Shown here in pieces: positions 1-22,378 of a DNA stretch of 64,000 bases (the stretch's first letter is position 1; every line of letters starts with the position of its first letter). Position numbers and translations under genes: made by a program. The notes under the pieces were generated by a model that saw only the letters and a list, made by a program, of their open reading frames with translations, had not been told where the DNA came from and did no database searches. The stretch lies in assembly GCF_009914755.1 (NCBI RefSeq), contig NC_060947.1; one strand, 5' to 3'. The DNA is from the human T2T-CHM13v2.0 reference genome, Homo sapiens.

Positions 1-295
1 TTTTTTTTTTTTTTTTGAGACAGTCTTTCTCTGTTGCCCAGGCTGTAGTGAGGTGGTGCGATCTCGGCTCACTGCGACCTCCACCTCCTGAGTTCAAGCA
101 ATTCTCCTGTCTCAGCCTCCTGAGTAGGTGGGATTACAGGCATGCACCACCATGCCTGGCTAATTTTTGTATTTTTAGTAGAGACGGGGTTTTGCCATGT
201 TGGCCGGGCTGGTCTTGAACTCCTGACCTCATGTGATCCGCCCGCCTCAGCCTCCCAAAGTGCTGGGATTACAGGCATGAGCCACCGCGCCTGGA
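1..295 (-). mobile_element. Alu (AluS)
   Basis: Poly-T followed by reverse-complement Alu dimer. Confidence 0.95.
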
Positions 296-510
296 CTGGA
301 AAGTAACTTTCAAACAACCAATCTGCTTTCTGTTCCCTGTATCTGCTTTCCTCAGCCAGGTTCTGTCTATAATAAAGCCAACCTCCTCTGCTCAGCCCAT
401 CAGAACACTGATTTTACTTTATAGAATGAGATGTTGCCTGATTCTAGAATCACAAATTAGAGCCAATTATGATCTTTAAACTAAATCTGTTGCAATTTTG
501 TTTTTTGACA
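296..510 (+). mobile_element. 3' part of ERV1 (MER4-group) LTR
   Basis: Ends ...gatctttaaactaaatctgttgcaattttgttttttgaca, resembling MER4-group LTR 3' termini; subfamily uncertain. Confidence 0.55.
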
Positions 511-891
511 ATGCCAAAGAATAGATCGTTTTGCCTAAAATGTATCCAGAATGTATCCACAAATGAATTAAAAAGCAATCATTTCTCTAAAGTCTTTGAG
601 GGCTGAGAAAGAAGTTTTTAGCATTTTTCCCTTCCATCTTGGGATAATATGCCCTTGTCATTACCTTACAGAAGTTGGCTGTATAATGTATTTTTCTAGT
701 GTGGATTTTTTCTTTACCAGTAGTGAAAAAGCTGTCATTTTGTTGGCTGAGTGACGAGTGGTTTAATGCGTTAATTTTATACACAAACTTTACAAAGCAC
801 TATAACCCTCAGGATGTGTTCAAAAGAGTGTTTTTTATTATTATTATTCCCATTTTAAATAGTGTATTTTTTTTTTCAGTCAGCATTAATA

Positions 892-1482
<591 letters not shown>

Positions 1483-2025
1483 AGTATTAATAAATACTTT
1501 CATTGTGAACACTGGTATCTTCTCTATGACTACACTAGAATATAATTCCAAAAGTTTATGAGTAATTTATTTGAAATAGAGAATATATTCTCTTTAATCC
1601 ATAATGAAGCTATCACGAAGCCTGATCATCCCTTCCTGATCTCTAGCTTTCCTCAAGGTCTCGTCTTTGGAAACGTCAGTTGTTGAAAACAATTTAGTGA
1701 GAATTGAGAAAAACAAAAAGCTGACAGGACAACAACCAGAACATTTCCCACTCCCTGAACAATCTTACCTCCCCACCTTGGCTACACCTGTCACACCCTG
1801 CTAGATATCTACACTGAATCATCTACATATTCACCCACTCCCAAACAACTGCCTCTGTCTTTGAAGCTACCCAAAAGAAAAAGACAAAATTCAGGCTCGC
1901 TTTATCCCTTCCCCTTCCTTTTCTCTCACAGGTAGACATCCTTTCTCTACTTGAATACCTGGCAACACTTGTCCCTTACAGGATAAAGTCTTTACAAAAT
2001 AAAGTCTAAATTTCTGGCACACTGC

Positions 2026-2221
2026 AGTGTGTGGCAAATTTTGTTGTAAAGTACCAGATAGTAAATATTTTAGGGTTTGTTAGCCATCTATGGTCTTCGT
2101 CCCATATTCTTTTTTTTTTTCCCAACAATTCCCTAAAAATGTAAAAACAGTTCTCTACACAGACTCCACAAAAATAGGAGTGGGGAATATTTGACCTACA
2201 AGTCTTGGTTTGCTGATCCCC
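2026..2221 (+). mobile_element. MER58-like hAT-Charlie MITE
   Basis: ggcaaatttt...ccagatagtaaatattttagg start and gtttgctgatcccc end resemble MER58. Confidence 0.65.
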
Positions 2222-2222
2222 G

Positions 2223-3029
2223 TGTTGAGGAAAAGAGTCAAATTCTGTAAAATATTTGAAGAGATGGATTCCAAGCCAAAGCCCTAAGCAGTTTCCAGCT
2301 TGAGTTTTGCTTAGTGATTTTGGGGGCCCAAGATATTTTCCTTTCACAATGTACATTAGTTCAGTATTGAAAGGCAGGTCAATTGGAAGGGTGGGAAGGG
2401 AGGGAACTTCCAGGTCATAGGTGGATTCAAAGATGTTCTAACTGGCAATTGGTTGAAAAAGTTATTATCTAAAAACCTGGAATCAATGGAATCAATAGAA
2501 GGGAATGTCTAGGTTGATAAGGGGTTGCGGAGACCAAGGTCCTTATTACACAGATGAAGCTTCCAGGTAGCAGGCTTCAGAGAAAATAGGTTGTAACATT
2601 TAAAGTGCCAGACTCTTAGATAATTCTCTCCTGGATCAGAGAAAAGACCTGGAAAGGGAAGGGGATGCTCAACAGAATGTAGATTTTCCCCACAAGAGAC
2701 AGCTTTACAGGACTATTTCAAAATATGTCAAAAATATATTTTAGGATAAAATATTTCAATTTATTTCAGGGCCTGCTATCGGTCACATGATGCTATACTA
2801 GAGTCAGGTAGGAATTTGGTATCTTATTGCTACAAAGAGTCTGTTTGATCAGTCTTAAGAGCTCTGTTTTAATGTTAATGCTGGTCAGTTGTGCCTGAAT
2901 TCCAGAGGGAGGAGGATATCATGAGGCATGTCCTGAACTGGGTTTTCAGGTTAACTTTGGAATGCCCTTGGCCAAGAGGATGGGTCCATTTAGTTGGTTG
3001 GGGACTTAGAATTTTATTTTTGGTTTACA
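2223..3029 (-). mobile_element. MER4-group ERV1 LTR sequence (composite of two pieces)
   Basis: Minus strand starts TGTAAACCAAAAATAAAATTCTAAG at 3029 and ends ...TTGACTCTTTTCCTCAACA at 2223; a second LTR start TGTGAAAGGAAAATATCTTGGG at 2349. Confidence 0.8.
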
Positions 3030-3242
3030 TCTGGCATATAGGACTCTTCACATTTTGGACCCAAATTACCTCTCTGGTCTCCTGCTGCAGCTTGCTTCAA
3101 GATTCCTTCTCTTCTAGGTCTACTAAACTTACTAAGTTTTCTGAATACGCATTGCTTTTTCCAACTTCCATGGCTTGGCTCATGCTCTTTCCTCTATCTT
3201 AAAACAATGGCTCTTATCTGCCTGGCAACACCCAGACATGCA

Positions 3243-3546
3243 TTTTTTTAATTTTCTTTCTTGAGACAGTCTTACTTTGTCACCCAGGCTGGAGTGCAGT
3301 GGCATGAACAAGGTGGCTTATTGTGGCCTCAACTTCCTGGGCTCAAGGGATTCTCCTGCCTCAAGCCTCCCCAAGTAGCTGGGACTACAGGTGCATGCCA
3401 CCATGCCTGGCTAATTATTTGTATTTTTTGTAGAGATGGGTTTTTGCCATCTTGCCCAGGCTGGACTTGAACTCCTGAGCTCAAGCAGTCTGCCCGCCTC
3501 TGCCTCCCAGTGCTGAAATTACAGGCATTATCCACCACATCCAGCC
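3243..3546 (-). mobile_element. AluJ
   Basis: Diverged Alu dimer; TSD cccagacatg. Confidence 0.9.
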
Positions 3547-3649
3547 CAGACATGTTTTAAGATGTATCTTAAAAAGTAAATTCTACAGTTTTTTTCTATT
3601 TCTCCCAAAGACCTTCCTACCTACCTTGTGTTGAATTTCAAGCAGGCAG

Positions 3650-5057
<1,408 letters not shown>

Positions 5058-5174
5058 GGTATTAGCCTCCTCTCAAAACTTAGAAAGGTGAATTGAACAT
5101 AAGATAATAAACTCAAGTATGTTGAGTTTTGAACGTGGCTCATAATGAATATTCATGAAAGGTTAGCTTTTATT

Positions 5175-5290
5175 ATTCAGTCATTTATTCACTCACCAAA
5201 TGTTTATTGTGCACTTCCAAAGGGCTAGGCAGTGTGCTAGGCACTGTCAGTGATCGATCAGCAAACAAGATAAGCTAGTTATCTTCCTAG
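5175..5290 (-). mobile_element. L2 3' end fragment
   Basis: cattcagtcatttattcactcaccaaatgtttattg...gtgctaggcact is a typical antisense L2 terminus. Confidence 0.55.
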
Positions 5291-5299
5291 ATGTTAGGG

Positions 5300-6213
<914 letters not shown>

Positions 6214-6416
6214 TACAGGATCAAAGTAAAACAGATAAATACAGATTGTAATTAGTGCTGGGAAAGAAATGTAAAGGGCCTAAGGCCTAACATACATAAT
6301 CAATAATCTATTGAATGAAGTCCCAAATTTAATTTAGACAACTCTTCGGAGTTCTTTTGGCCTCCCTTAACTACAAAATAAAGATTAGATTTCTAAACTC
6401 ACTTCCAACTCCCAAT

Positions 6417-7665
<1,249 letters not shown>

Positions 7666-7791
7666 TCCAACTCCCAACTCCCAATTCTATGTGTAATATT
7701 CCACAGTCAATTCTGGTATTCTCCACCTCTCTGCCCCAAGTACCAGTGTTAGCAAGAAATCTAGAGATCCCAGCTACCCTGCTAAGGTTTC

Positions 7792-8535
7792 TGTTATGGA
7801 CTAAATTGTGTCCCCTCAAAATTTATATGTAAAGCCCTACCCACCAATGGAGACAGGGCCCTTAAGGAAGTAATTAATGTTAAATGAGATCATAAGGATG
7901 GGACCCTAATCCAACAGGACTGGTGCCCTTACAAGGAGAGTAAGTACCACCTCATCAGGGCCACCCTCATCTACCAGAGAGCTCTCCCTCTGTCCATGGG
8001 CACACAGAGAATTGGCCATGTGAGGACACAGTGAGAAGACAGCCATCTGCAAACCAGGAAGAGAGTCCTCACCAGAACCCAGCCCTGCCGGCACCTTGAT
8101 CTTGGACTTCCAGACTCTGGAACTGTGAGAAAATAAATGTTTGGTTTTGTTTGTTTCTTTGTTTGTTTGCTTGCTTGCTTGTTTTTTGAGACAGAGTCTC
8201 ACTTTATCACCCAGGCTGGAGTGCAGCAATGCAATATCAGCTCACTGCAAACTCTGTCTCCTGGTTCAAGCAATTCTCCTGCCACAGCCTTCCCAGTAGC
8301 TGGGACTACAGGAGCATGCCACCATGCCTGGCTAATTTTTGTATATTTTCAGAGACAGGGTTTCACCATGTTGGCCAGGCTGGTCTCGAACTCCTCACCT
8401 CAGGTGATCCACCCACCTCGGCCACCCATAGTGCTGGGATTTCAGACGTGAGCCACCGCACCCAGCCAAATGTCTGTTGTTTATAAGCCAACTGCTTGTA
8501 ATATTTTTTTATGGCAGCACAGGCAGGCTAATACA
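7792..8535 (+). mobile_element. MLT1A-type MaLR LTR, interrupted by an Alu
   Basis: tgttatggactaaattgtgtcccc ... ggctaataca termini. Confidence 0.85.
8140..8467 (-). mobile_element. Alu (AluS)
   Basis: Dimer with (TTTG)n tail. Confidence 0.95.
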
Positions 8536-8573
8536 GTTCCTCGGCTGCTTTCTGCTCTCTGTGTGTTCCCCAG

Positions 8574-8680
8574 GTACTAACCAGAAGTTCAAGCTAGGGG
8601 TTGGAGAAGGAAGGTCATACATACAGAAGCAAGAACCTCAACCCCTAGAACTGCTATGAAAATCAAACAAAATGCTATTT
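8574..8680 (+). other. Candidate non-coding exon
   Basis: CTAAT branch motif at 8528, pyrimidine-rich AG-free tract, CAG acceptor, GTAAGT donor at 8681; stops in all three frames; no transcript evidence. Confidence 0.3.
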
Positions 8681-8912
8681 GTAAGTAGTCTTCCTGTGCT
8701 GGACTAAATTAAAAGAACTTTGCAGCTCTCCCTCTCTCCGTGTTTTCTCAGCCTCTGGAATCAAGGGCCTTTATCTCTTCTTCCTATTCTGTGCTGAGGC
8801 TTACCCATTAGTTCCATTTCTCTTAACTTTTCTGGCAACCTCATTTCAAGACTCTGAATGGTTATTTAAGACACTGGGCTTTCATCAGTGGCACCCTCAT
8901 CTACCACTATAG

Positions 8913-9300
<388 letters not shown>

Positions 9301-9491
9301 TAACTCCCAGAAGACACCTGGGCCCCTATGTAAATAAATTGACTCTTCCCCAAACCATATCAGCATTCCAAGAGGGAGAAAGCTTGTGCAAAACTTATTT
9401 TGTAAATGAACTTGTTCCACCCTAATCCTAACACAATGGGGCCCGCTCACCCCACATTTACATGATTTTAAATGTCCTAAGTGACTCTTCA

Positions 9492-9820
<329 letters not shown>

Positions 9821-9989
9821 AGGACTGAGATAATCAATTTGCTATTGAAGAAAGTGTGGTAAAATTGACACTGCATATACTAGTATATTAGAATGTAAAC
9901 AGGTACAAATTTTAGTAATGTGAATACGCAGTCTTAAAGATGCCCGTATCTCTTGCCTCAATAATCTCACTTAAAAGTCTATGCCAAAA

Positions 9990-10165
9990 CCGGGCACAGT
10001 GACTCACGCCTGTAATCCTAGCACTTTGGGAGGTTGAGGCAGGAGGCTCGCTTGAGCCCAACCGTTTGAGATCAGCCTGGGAAACATAGCAAGACCCCAT
10101 CTCTCAAAAAAAACCCCAAAAAACAAACAAACAAACAAACAAAAAAACAAAGAAAATTATAAAGA
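9990..10165 (+). mobile_element. Alu left monomer (FLAM-like)
   Basis: Single arm with A-rich tail. Confidence 0.85.
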
Positions 10166-10178
10166 AAAATCAGTGCCA

Positions 10179-10509
<331 letters not shown>

Positions 10510-10519
10510 TTAGTGCCAT

Positions 10520-10713
10520 AAAGGAGGAGGAGCACAAGGGTTGAAAAACTACCTATTGGGTACTATGCTTATTATTTGGGTGATAGATTCAATAGAAGCC
10601 CAAACCTCAACATTATGCAGTATATCCATGTAACAAACCTGTACATGAGCCCCTGAATCTAAAATTTAAAAAAAAGAATACAACTTATATGATAAAAATT
10701 TAAAAATAAAAAT
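10520..10713 (+). mobile_element. L1 3' end fragment (L1PB-like)
   Basis: ttgaaaaactacctattgggtactatgc...catgtaacaaacctgtacatg...gaatctaaaat plus A-rich tail. Confidence 0.8.
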
Positions 10714-10917
10714 AAATCAGTGCCCAAAATTGTATGAAGAATCCTTATGCTTAAAGATATTTATTGTAGGCTTGGTTTTTTGGGGGTGTTTTTTGTTTGT
10801 TTGAATTTTTTTTTATCATAATGAAAAGGAATAGAAACAATAGGGGAAATGGAAAGTGTCCAACAGTAGATGAATAGTTGAGGAAATTATGGAATGTTAT
10901 GTTTAGAAAGACTGTAG

Positions 10918-11596
<679 letters not shown>

Positions 11597-12127
11597 TATT
11601 GTGTCATTTATTCAATCTCTGCTAAAAAGGCATTAAGACTTGATAGTGTAATGGATCACATTGCAGACCTGATGCAGGCTCTTTGGCATTTATCTCCACA
11701 CTAGGCTGAACTAAAAGGTTTATAAGGTCCTGAAAGAAAAGTGCTGGGTGGAAAAATAAGCAAAGATATCCAGGAAAACTCTAAAAAGTAAAAGCTATAA
11801 GAGCGGACTAGTCTGACCAGATATAAAAATATAATTAGTAAAAAGTCAATAATTAAAACAGTGCGATACTACTGCACAAACTGACAGGCTGACTAAAGGA
11901 AGAAAATGGAAAGTACAGAATAAAGACAATATATACCAGAATTGAGTATATGAAAAAGGTGGAATCTCAAATCAGGTAAAGACGGACTTTACTAAAAACT
12001 GTTTTCAGAAAATGAAAGCTGATACCTGACATCTGGAAAAAGATACAGCTGCATCTGTACCTCACAACATATACCAGAATGAACTCCAAATGGCTCAAGT
12101 ATCCACATGTAGAAATTGAAATAATAT

Positions 12128-12918
<791 letters not shown>

Positions 12919-13468
12919 TTGAAATAATAAAAACACTTGAAGAAAATCTGGGAAAATTCCTTTATAACTTTGCAGTGGGGATGGCCTTTTATGAATGACT
13001 CAAAAGATTGATAAATTTAACTACATAAAAATTAATACTTAGCATAAAAAAGCAAAGTCAAAAGACAAATTGCAAATTAGGAAGAATGTCTACAATTCAT
13101 ATAGAAGGGAAAGGACTAATCTTCCTAATATATATAAAAGTTCTTAAAAAGATAGATTAAAAAGACCAACCGCCCCAATGAAAGAATAGCAAAGAGCATA
13201 TAGACAATTCACAGAAAAAGAAATACACATAGCCTTACACATGTGAAAAATCCTCAACCTCAGTCAGAGTAGTTGAACATGGTAATTCTCACTTAACAGA
13301 TTAACAAAAACCCAAAAGTGTAACAACAGACTTGATATTTTCACTTGATACCTTCACATGACTACAAGGTTATTCCCTGTAGCATTGTTTAGAACAGCAG
13401 AAGACTGGAAACAACTGAAAGTGTCCAGCATTAGGGAACTAGTTAATAAACCATAGTATATCTACTCA

Positions 13469-13812
<344 letters not shown>

Positions 13813-13899
13813 GAATATGTTGTTATCAGAAAAAAAGCAAGATGCAGAACAGTGTGTTATGCTTTTTTTTCCATTTTTAAAATTTATATATAAAAATTT

Positions 13900-14647
<748 letters not shown>

Positions 14648-14654
14648 TCTTTTT

Positions 14655-15520
14655 TAATTTAAACAGCTTTATTGGCATATAATTCACATATCCTACAATT
14701 CATCCATTTAAAGTGTACAGTTTTTACTATATTACACTATTATTTTTAAAAAATTGTGATAAAATCAACGTAAAAGTTGCTATTTTTACGTGTACAAGTC
14801 AGTGGCATTAAATACACCTACAATACATCACGACTATCTATTTCCAAAACTTTCTTATCACCCTAAACAGAAACTCTGTAAATCATCAAGCAATAACTCC
14901 CCATTCTCCTTCCCCTCAACTCCTAATAACCTCTAGTCTACTTTCTGTCTCTTTGAATTTGCCTCTTCTAGGTATCTCTTATAAGTGGAATCATACAATA
15001 TTTGTCCTTTTGCATCTGGCTTATTTCATTTAGCATAATGTTTCTAAGGTTCAACCTTGTTATTGCATGTATCAGAACTTCATTTTTATTTTATTTTTTA
15101 ATTTTATTTTAGTGCAGTGGCGCAATCTCAGCTCATTGCAACCTCTGCCTCCTGGGTTCAAGGGATTTTCCTGCCTCAGCCTCCCCAGTAGCTGTGATTA
15201 GTGGCGTGCACCACACGCCCTGCTAATTTTTGAATTTTTAGAAGAGACAGGATTTCGCCATGTTGGCCAGGCTGGTCTCAAACTCCTGACCTCAGGTGAT
15301 CCGCTTCTCTCCACCTCCGCAAGTGCTGGGATCACAGGCGTGAGCCACTGTGCCTGGCCAGAACTTCATTTTTTTTTTAAGTACTAGCATTTCATTGCAT
15401 GGATGTACCACATTTTGTTTATCCATTCGTCTGTTGATGGACATTTGGCTTGCTTTCATCTTTTGGCTATTGTAAATAATGCTGCAACGAACATTGGTGT
15501 ACAAGTCTCTGTCCAAGTCC
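14655..15520 (-). mobile_element. L1MB-like 3' UTR, interrupted by an Alu
   Basis: ataagtggaatcatacaatatttgtccttttg...ttcatttagcataatgttt; gatggacatttggcttg. Confidence 0.8.
15085..15359 (-). mobile_element. Alu (AluS, 3'-deleted)
   Basis: TSD agaacttcatttt. Confidence 0.9.
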
Positions 15521-15616
15521 CTGTTTGGTATGCTACCTTTTGTGTAACAACTCTCAGTCAGGTACAAATACATATTTGCTTATAGCTTGATCTGTATACA
15601 GAAATACCGAAAGACA

Positions 15617-15882
15617 CCAGGCTTGGTGGTTCACTTCTGTAATCTCAGCACTTTGGGAGGCCAAGGCGGGCGGATCATGAGGTCAAGAGTTCAAGACGAG
15701 CCTGGCCAACATGGTGAAACCCCGTCTCTACTAAAAATACAAAAATTAGCCAGGCGTGGTGGTGGGCGCCTGTAATCCCAGCTACTTGGAAGGCTGAGGT
15801 ACAGGAATCGTACCTTAGTGAGCCGAGATCGCACCAGGGCACTCTAGCCTAGGCGACAAGGGCGAAACTCCATCTCAAAAAA
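15617..15882 (+). mobile_element. Alu (AluS) with small internal deletion
   Basis: Dimer. Confidence 0.9.
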
Positions 15883-16646
15883 TATATATATGTATTGCCT
15901 AAGCAAAAAAATCCAAATGTATGACATTCCTGAGTTACTACCAGCAAGGGACCTATTAATAAAGGCAGAAGTCTACATACGGGGAAGGGTGGAGGAGCAA
16001 AGTAGACATGAATAGCAAGTACTCCACTCTCCAGTCAGTGAACTATTTCTACAAGTTCAAATTGAGTAAAGAATAATTTAGCTACTGAATTAACTTATTC
16101 AACAATATTTATTACATTTTCCTATATGCGAAAGACAGGAATATCAAATTATACTAATTATTCTTGTCTGTAATATTAATGTTAAGATAATGATTCTTGT
16201 GAACCACACACACAGCATTGCTAATAATATTATCTTACTATTTTTCAAGTTACAATATTCTGGGATGGAAAAGAAAATAACCTTCTTTGGAGAATGTGGT
16301 TGAAGAAGACAGCTGCCCGAGGAAATAAATGCAACAAAATATAAAGGCAAATTTTCCTAGTTCTCTCAGGAGTAGATAGTATTGCCAGAGACATTAAACT
16401 CACACTGCCTCATACTTCCTTCCAAAAAAGTAGGGCTCTAAATGACCCAGGACCAAAGAAAAAAGACCAAAAGCCATTGTGTGTTATTGTAACCAGAAAA
16501 CACCAGAGCATGAGAGGAAATTCGTTTTTCAAAGAGAGGCATAGAAGGCAGAAGAGAAGGTTAATAATAATGTCATCTGATTATTTAACAAAAGGAAGCA
16601 GGGCTCAGATCGCTAAACAGGCTACTATTAAAGAGTACACAGAGGA

Positions 16647-16999
<353 letters not shown>

Positions 17000-17532
17000 T
17001 CAATCAGTTAGAAATCCTTAAAGTTATAGGCAAAATTGGCCCCAGCACCTGTCTGATCACAGGCTTTCCAAAGGTCATTGGTGGGTCCTAGGAAAGCTCT
17101 TTCTGTGGCTTTATCTTTTCTGGCTAATTTTTATGTAACTCAACACACTTCCTCAAGGCACTAAAAAGCAAACGTGTGGCCAGAGCAGTCAGCCCTGAGT
17201 ATGTCAGGAGACGAGAAGGCTGCCAACAGCCCCATTCCCTGATGTAAGTCTTCCTGCCCATAAGCTGATTTCAAAATAACATTTCTCACTCCAAAATATC
17301 TACCGCATTCTAACAGTTCTTGTATGAGTGGAAATGGATCTGTCTGTTCTTTGAGGGTACTTTGAGAGTATATCTCTTGCAGAAGTTTTGAGACCCTACT
17401 ACATTCAATGAGAAAACATCCAGAACATCAGGCCATTAAAAACAAAATAAAAAAGACCAGTCTTCCCAGCAATTTGCTGTGCCCTAATCACCTTCTGATG
17501 ACCCATTAGAATCCCCAAGTTAATCATTTTTC

Positions 17533-17990
<458 letters not shown>

Positions 17991-18391
17991 AACCTTGGCT
18001 TTTATGAGAAACAATGAAAAACATTTAATACTGGCGGTTTTCAATTACATTAACCTGATTCCCAGCCATGGAGTTTCAGTCAGGATTTTTTAATTAGCTC
18101 TTCTGAGCTAAGAAAGCTTTGGAATTGCTAAACATGACCTCAGCAGCTGGCCAAGGGAAAGCTCCAAAGACAGCTCCCTACAGGCCCAGGAAGTATCTGA
18201 AGGGCCAGGAGCTAAATTAGATGATGCCCTACCCAGAGCTGGCAGCCAATTCACTTCCTCTGGATTTGAACCCTTCCCCAAATTGTTTTGTTGTTGCTGT
18301 TGTTTAAGCCCTTGTCATCTCCACTTGGAAGAATAAACATTAAACAGGAAATTTGCCTAAAGACCCATGTAACCTGAATGCCTTTGCCTCA

Positions 18392-19030
<639 letters not shown>

Positions 19031-20490
19031 TGGTCTTTTACTGGCATTACCAATGCATCAAATAATTTTAAAAAATCTCATTCCACATCTCCTAAACTCT
19101 GGGCACCTTTTTTCTTACCAGGGCACATATTTCCATATGGAAAATCAGTCTTCTATCTTTCCACATAGTGCTCATTTTTTCACACGTGATGCTGAAAAAC
19201 CATGATTTAATTATTCGCAGAGTTTTTACTTTTCTTGCAACACTCAAAGTCAAGAGGTTGGTTTGTTTCCTGTGGGTCATTTTCTGGGAACACAGCAGGG
19301 TGTGGATTGGTGTCAAGTTGAACCTGGTCTATGAATAAGGAGTTTGTACCTAAAGACCAATTGACATATTGCCCCAGGTACACCTCTCACTTTAGCAGGC
19401 TACATCATGCCTCATAAAACAACTACTAGTCAAGAAAACATCTCTTCTCTTATAATTTGATTTCTCACTTAAAATCAGAACAAGCTGTCATCCAGCCCTT
19501 TCTCTTCATATCTGTGCGACATGCTTGCTAAGTGCTGAGTCATACTTGGCACTTCAATGGTTTCAGCTCACTGTAAAACAAAATATCAACCTAGCGCATG
19601 ATATTATTTTTGCCAATAGCTAATTCTGCTTTTTCTTTGAGCAAAATATATATCATCAATTTTGAGTTTGATTTTACAAGCATCCACAAGTAACATGATT
19701 TATATTTGTGTTTGCCACAAGAAGGGCAACTTTGAATCACACCTCATTAGGTGGGTCTCTTCTCTATCTTTAGGCATAAAATTAGTAATTTGCATAATAG
19801 GAAGTGTTATTTTATGTTTGTTTTGAGTAAACACAATACGTTTACCAGAAAGGTCACTCTGTTTGATTTGAAATGACAGAAGTTTCAGTGCCTTCCTTCC
19901 ACTATTTAACAAAGTTACATAACAGACTATGCCCTGCATGGGGGTTTAAGTAGATCACAGGAACAATAAAAATCTAATTTTTAGATATTATTCATCCACT
20001 TCACACTTTTCTTTTCCAGCTACTTGTCAGAAATCATCACAAGCAGATTCACTTGTACTAGCATTTACAGACTCATAGTATATATTAGACTGAAGCCCTA
20101 TTGACTATATCGATGCCATTATTTTAAGCTGGAGTGTGTACATCATGATTTCCATCACTACCTTTCAATAAACCACTCGTGAGTCATTGACCCATTTCTG
20201 TGAATTGTGGATTCAACATAAAAACACAATAACCAGAAAAAAATGCAAATTTAACAATGTACTCAATAGTTTGGAAACAATGTGAGTTAATATTAGCCAG
20301 CCCAACAACACTGTTAACTTGATGTTAGCAGCAATGAACTGGCTAAATTGTACAATGTGTTTCTCCAGAGATGTACAAGTTTAGAACATGAGGGGAAGGC
20401 AGAGCTGGGGGAAGAGGGCTGAGGTGTGTGTAGGTGAGCTGACTCCATACCAGTGGTTGGCAGGGGAAGGAGGAGCACATTATGAGGTAC
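19031..20490. promoter_or_regulatory. Candidate enhancer (island without recognisable repeats)
   Basis: TGCTGAGTCAT 19533, ATTTGCAT/TTGCATAAT 19788-19798, GTAAACA 19827, TGAGTCA 20180, ATGCAAAT 20243; motif evidence only. Confidence 0.35.
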
Positions 20491-20496
20491 CCTAAA

Positions 20497-20808
<312 letters not shown>

Positions 20809-20864
20809 TTAAGATCCAGCTTTTCCCACTCCATCTAACGGTCTTTCATCACAGTATTAACAAA

Positions 20865-21220
20865 TATAAACCAAAAATAAAATCATAAGGCCCCCAGGCC
20901 AGACACAATGGCTCATGCCTGTAATTCCAGCACTTTGGGAGGACAAGGCAGGCAGATCACAAGGTCAGGAGTTAGAGACCAGCCTGACCAACATGGTGAA
21001 ACCCCATCTCTACTAAAAATATAAAAATTAGCCAGGTGTGGTGGTGGGTGCATGTAATCCCAGCCACTCAGGAGACTGAGGCAGCAGAATCACTTGAACC
21101 CAGGAGGCGGAGGTTGCAGTGAGCTGAGATCGCACCACTGCACTCCAGCCTGGGTGATGAAGCGAGACTCTCTCTCAAAAAAATAAAAAATAAATGATAA
21201 ATAAGGCCCCCAAACCATCT
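20865..21220 (+). mobile_element. MER4-group LTR 5' stub split by an Alu (20897-21200)
   Basis: tataaaccaaaaataaaatcataaggccccc ... taaggcccccaaaccatct. Confidence 0.7.
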
Positions 21221-21266
21221 TGTTATAGGAAAGGGGTCTGGTTCCAGACCGCAAGAGAGGTTCTTG

Positions 21267-21793
21267 TGTTGGTTATAAAAATGCTCTAGGAATAAATGCT
21301 CTGTGCCACAAAGTGAAACAAGCACTCAGGCAAAAGTTTTCTCAGCAAGGCAATTTACTTCTGCAGAAGGGTGCCACTTGGCATCAATCAAGATCACAAG
21401 AGCACAGGCAACAAAGGAGAGCAGGGCAGGGGTTTTTTTCTCTCTGATGCATAGTCCTTACCTCTGTGTCACTCCCTGATAGGCTAGGGTCAGACTGCAC
21501 AATCTGAGCTGACCTGATTGGCTACTTACAAATATTTTTCTAAATATGGAAGGGAAGGGGGACGTGAGGTACAGTAGTGAAGTGTGTGAGACATGCAGTT
21601 TCAGGGGAACAATGGGTGCAGATAACCAAGGGAAAGATATAAGTTATTGATTAGAGGACTGACGGGAAGTGGGTAGGCTGTTTTACAGTAACTAGGGGCA
21701 AGGAGGAACAAGAAAGTTGAGTTTGAGAACAAAGGCCAAGGAAGTTAGCAGGCTAAATCTTTGAAGAGAAACTCAGAGAAATTATATCTTCCA
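21267..21793 (-). mobile_element. LTR10-like (HERV-I group) solo LTR inserted in MER41A
   Basis: TG...CA ends with 4-bp TSD CTTG (21263-66 and 21794-97); minus strand begins ...AGATATAATTTCTCTGAGTTTCTCTTCAAAG. Confidence 0.7.
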
Positions 21794-21862
21794 CTTGGAT
21801 CTCACACAAGAAAGAATTTAGAGCAAGTCCATAAAGTGAAGGCAGGTTTATTAAGAAAGTGA

Positions 21863-22378
<516 letters not shown>

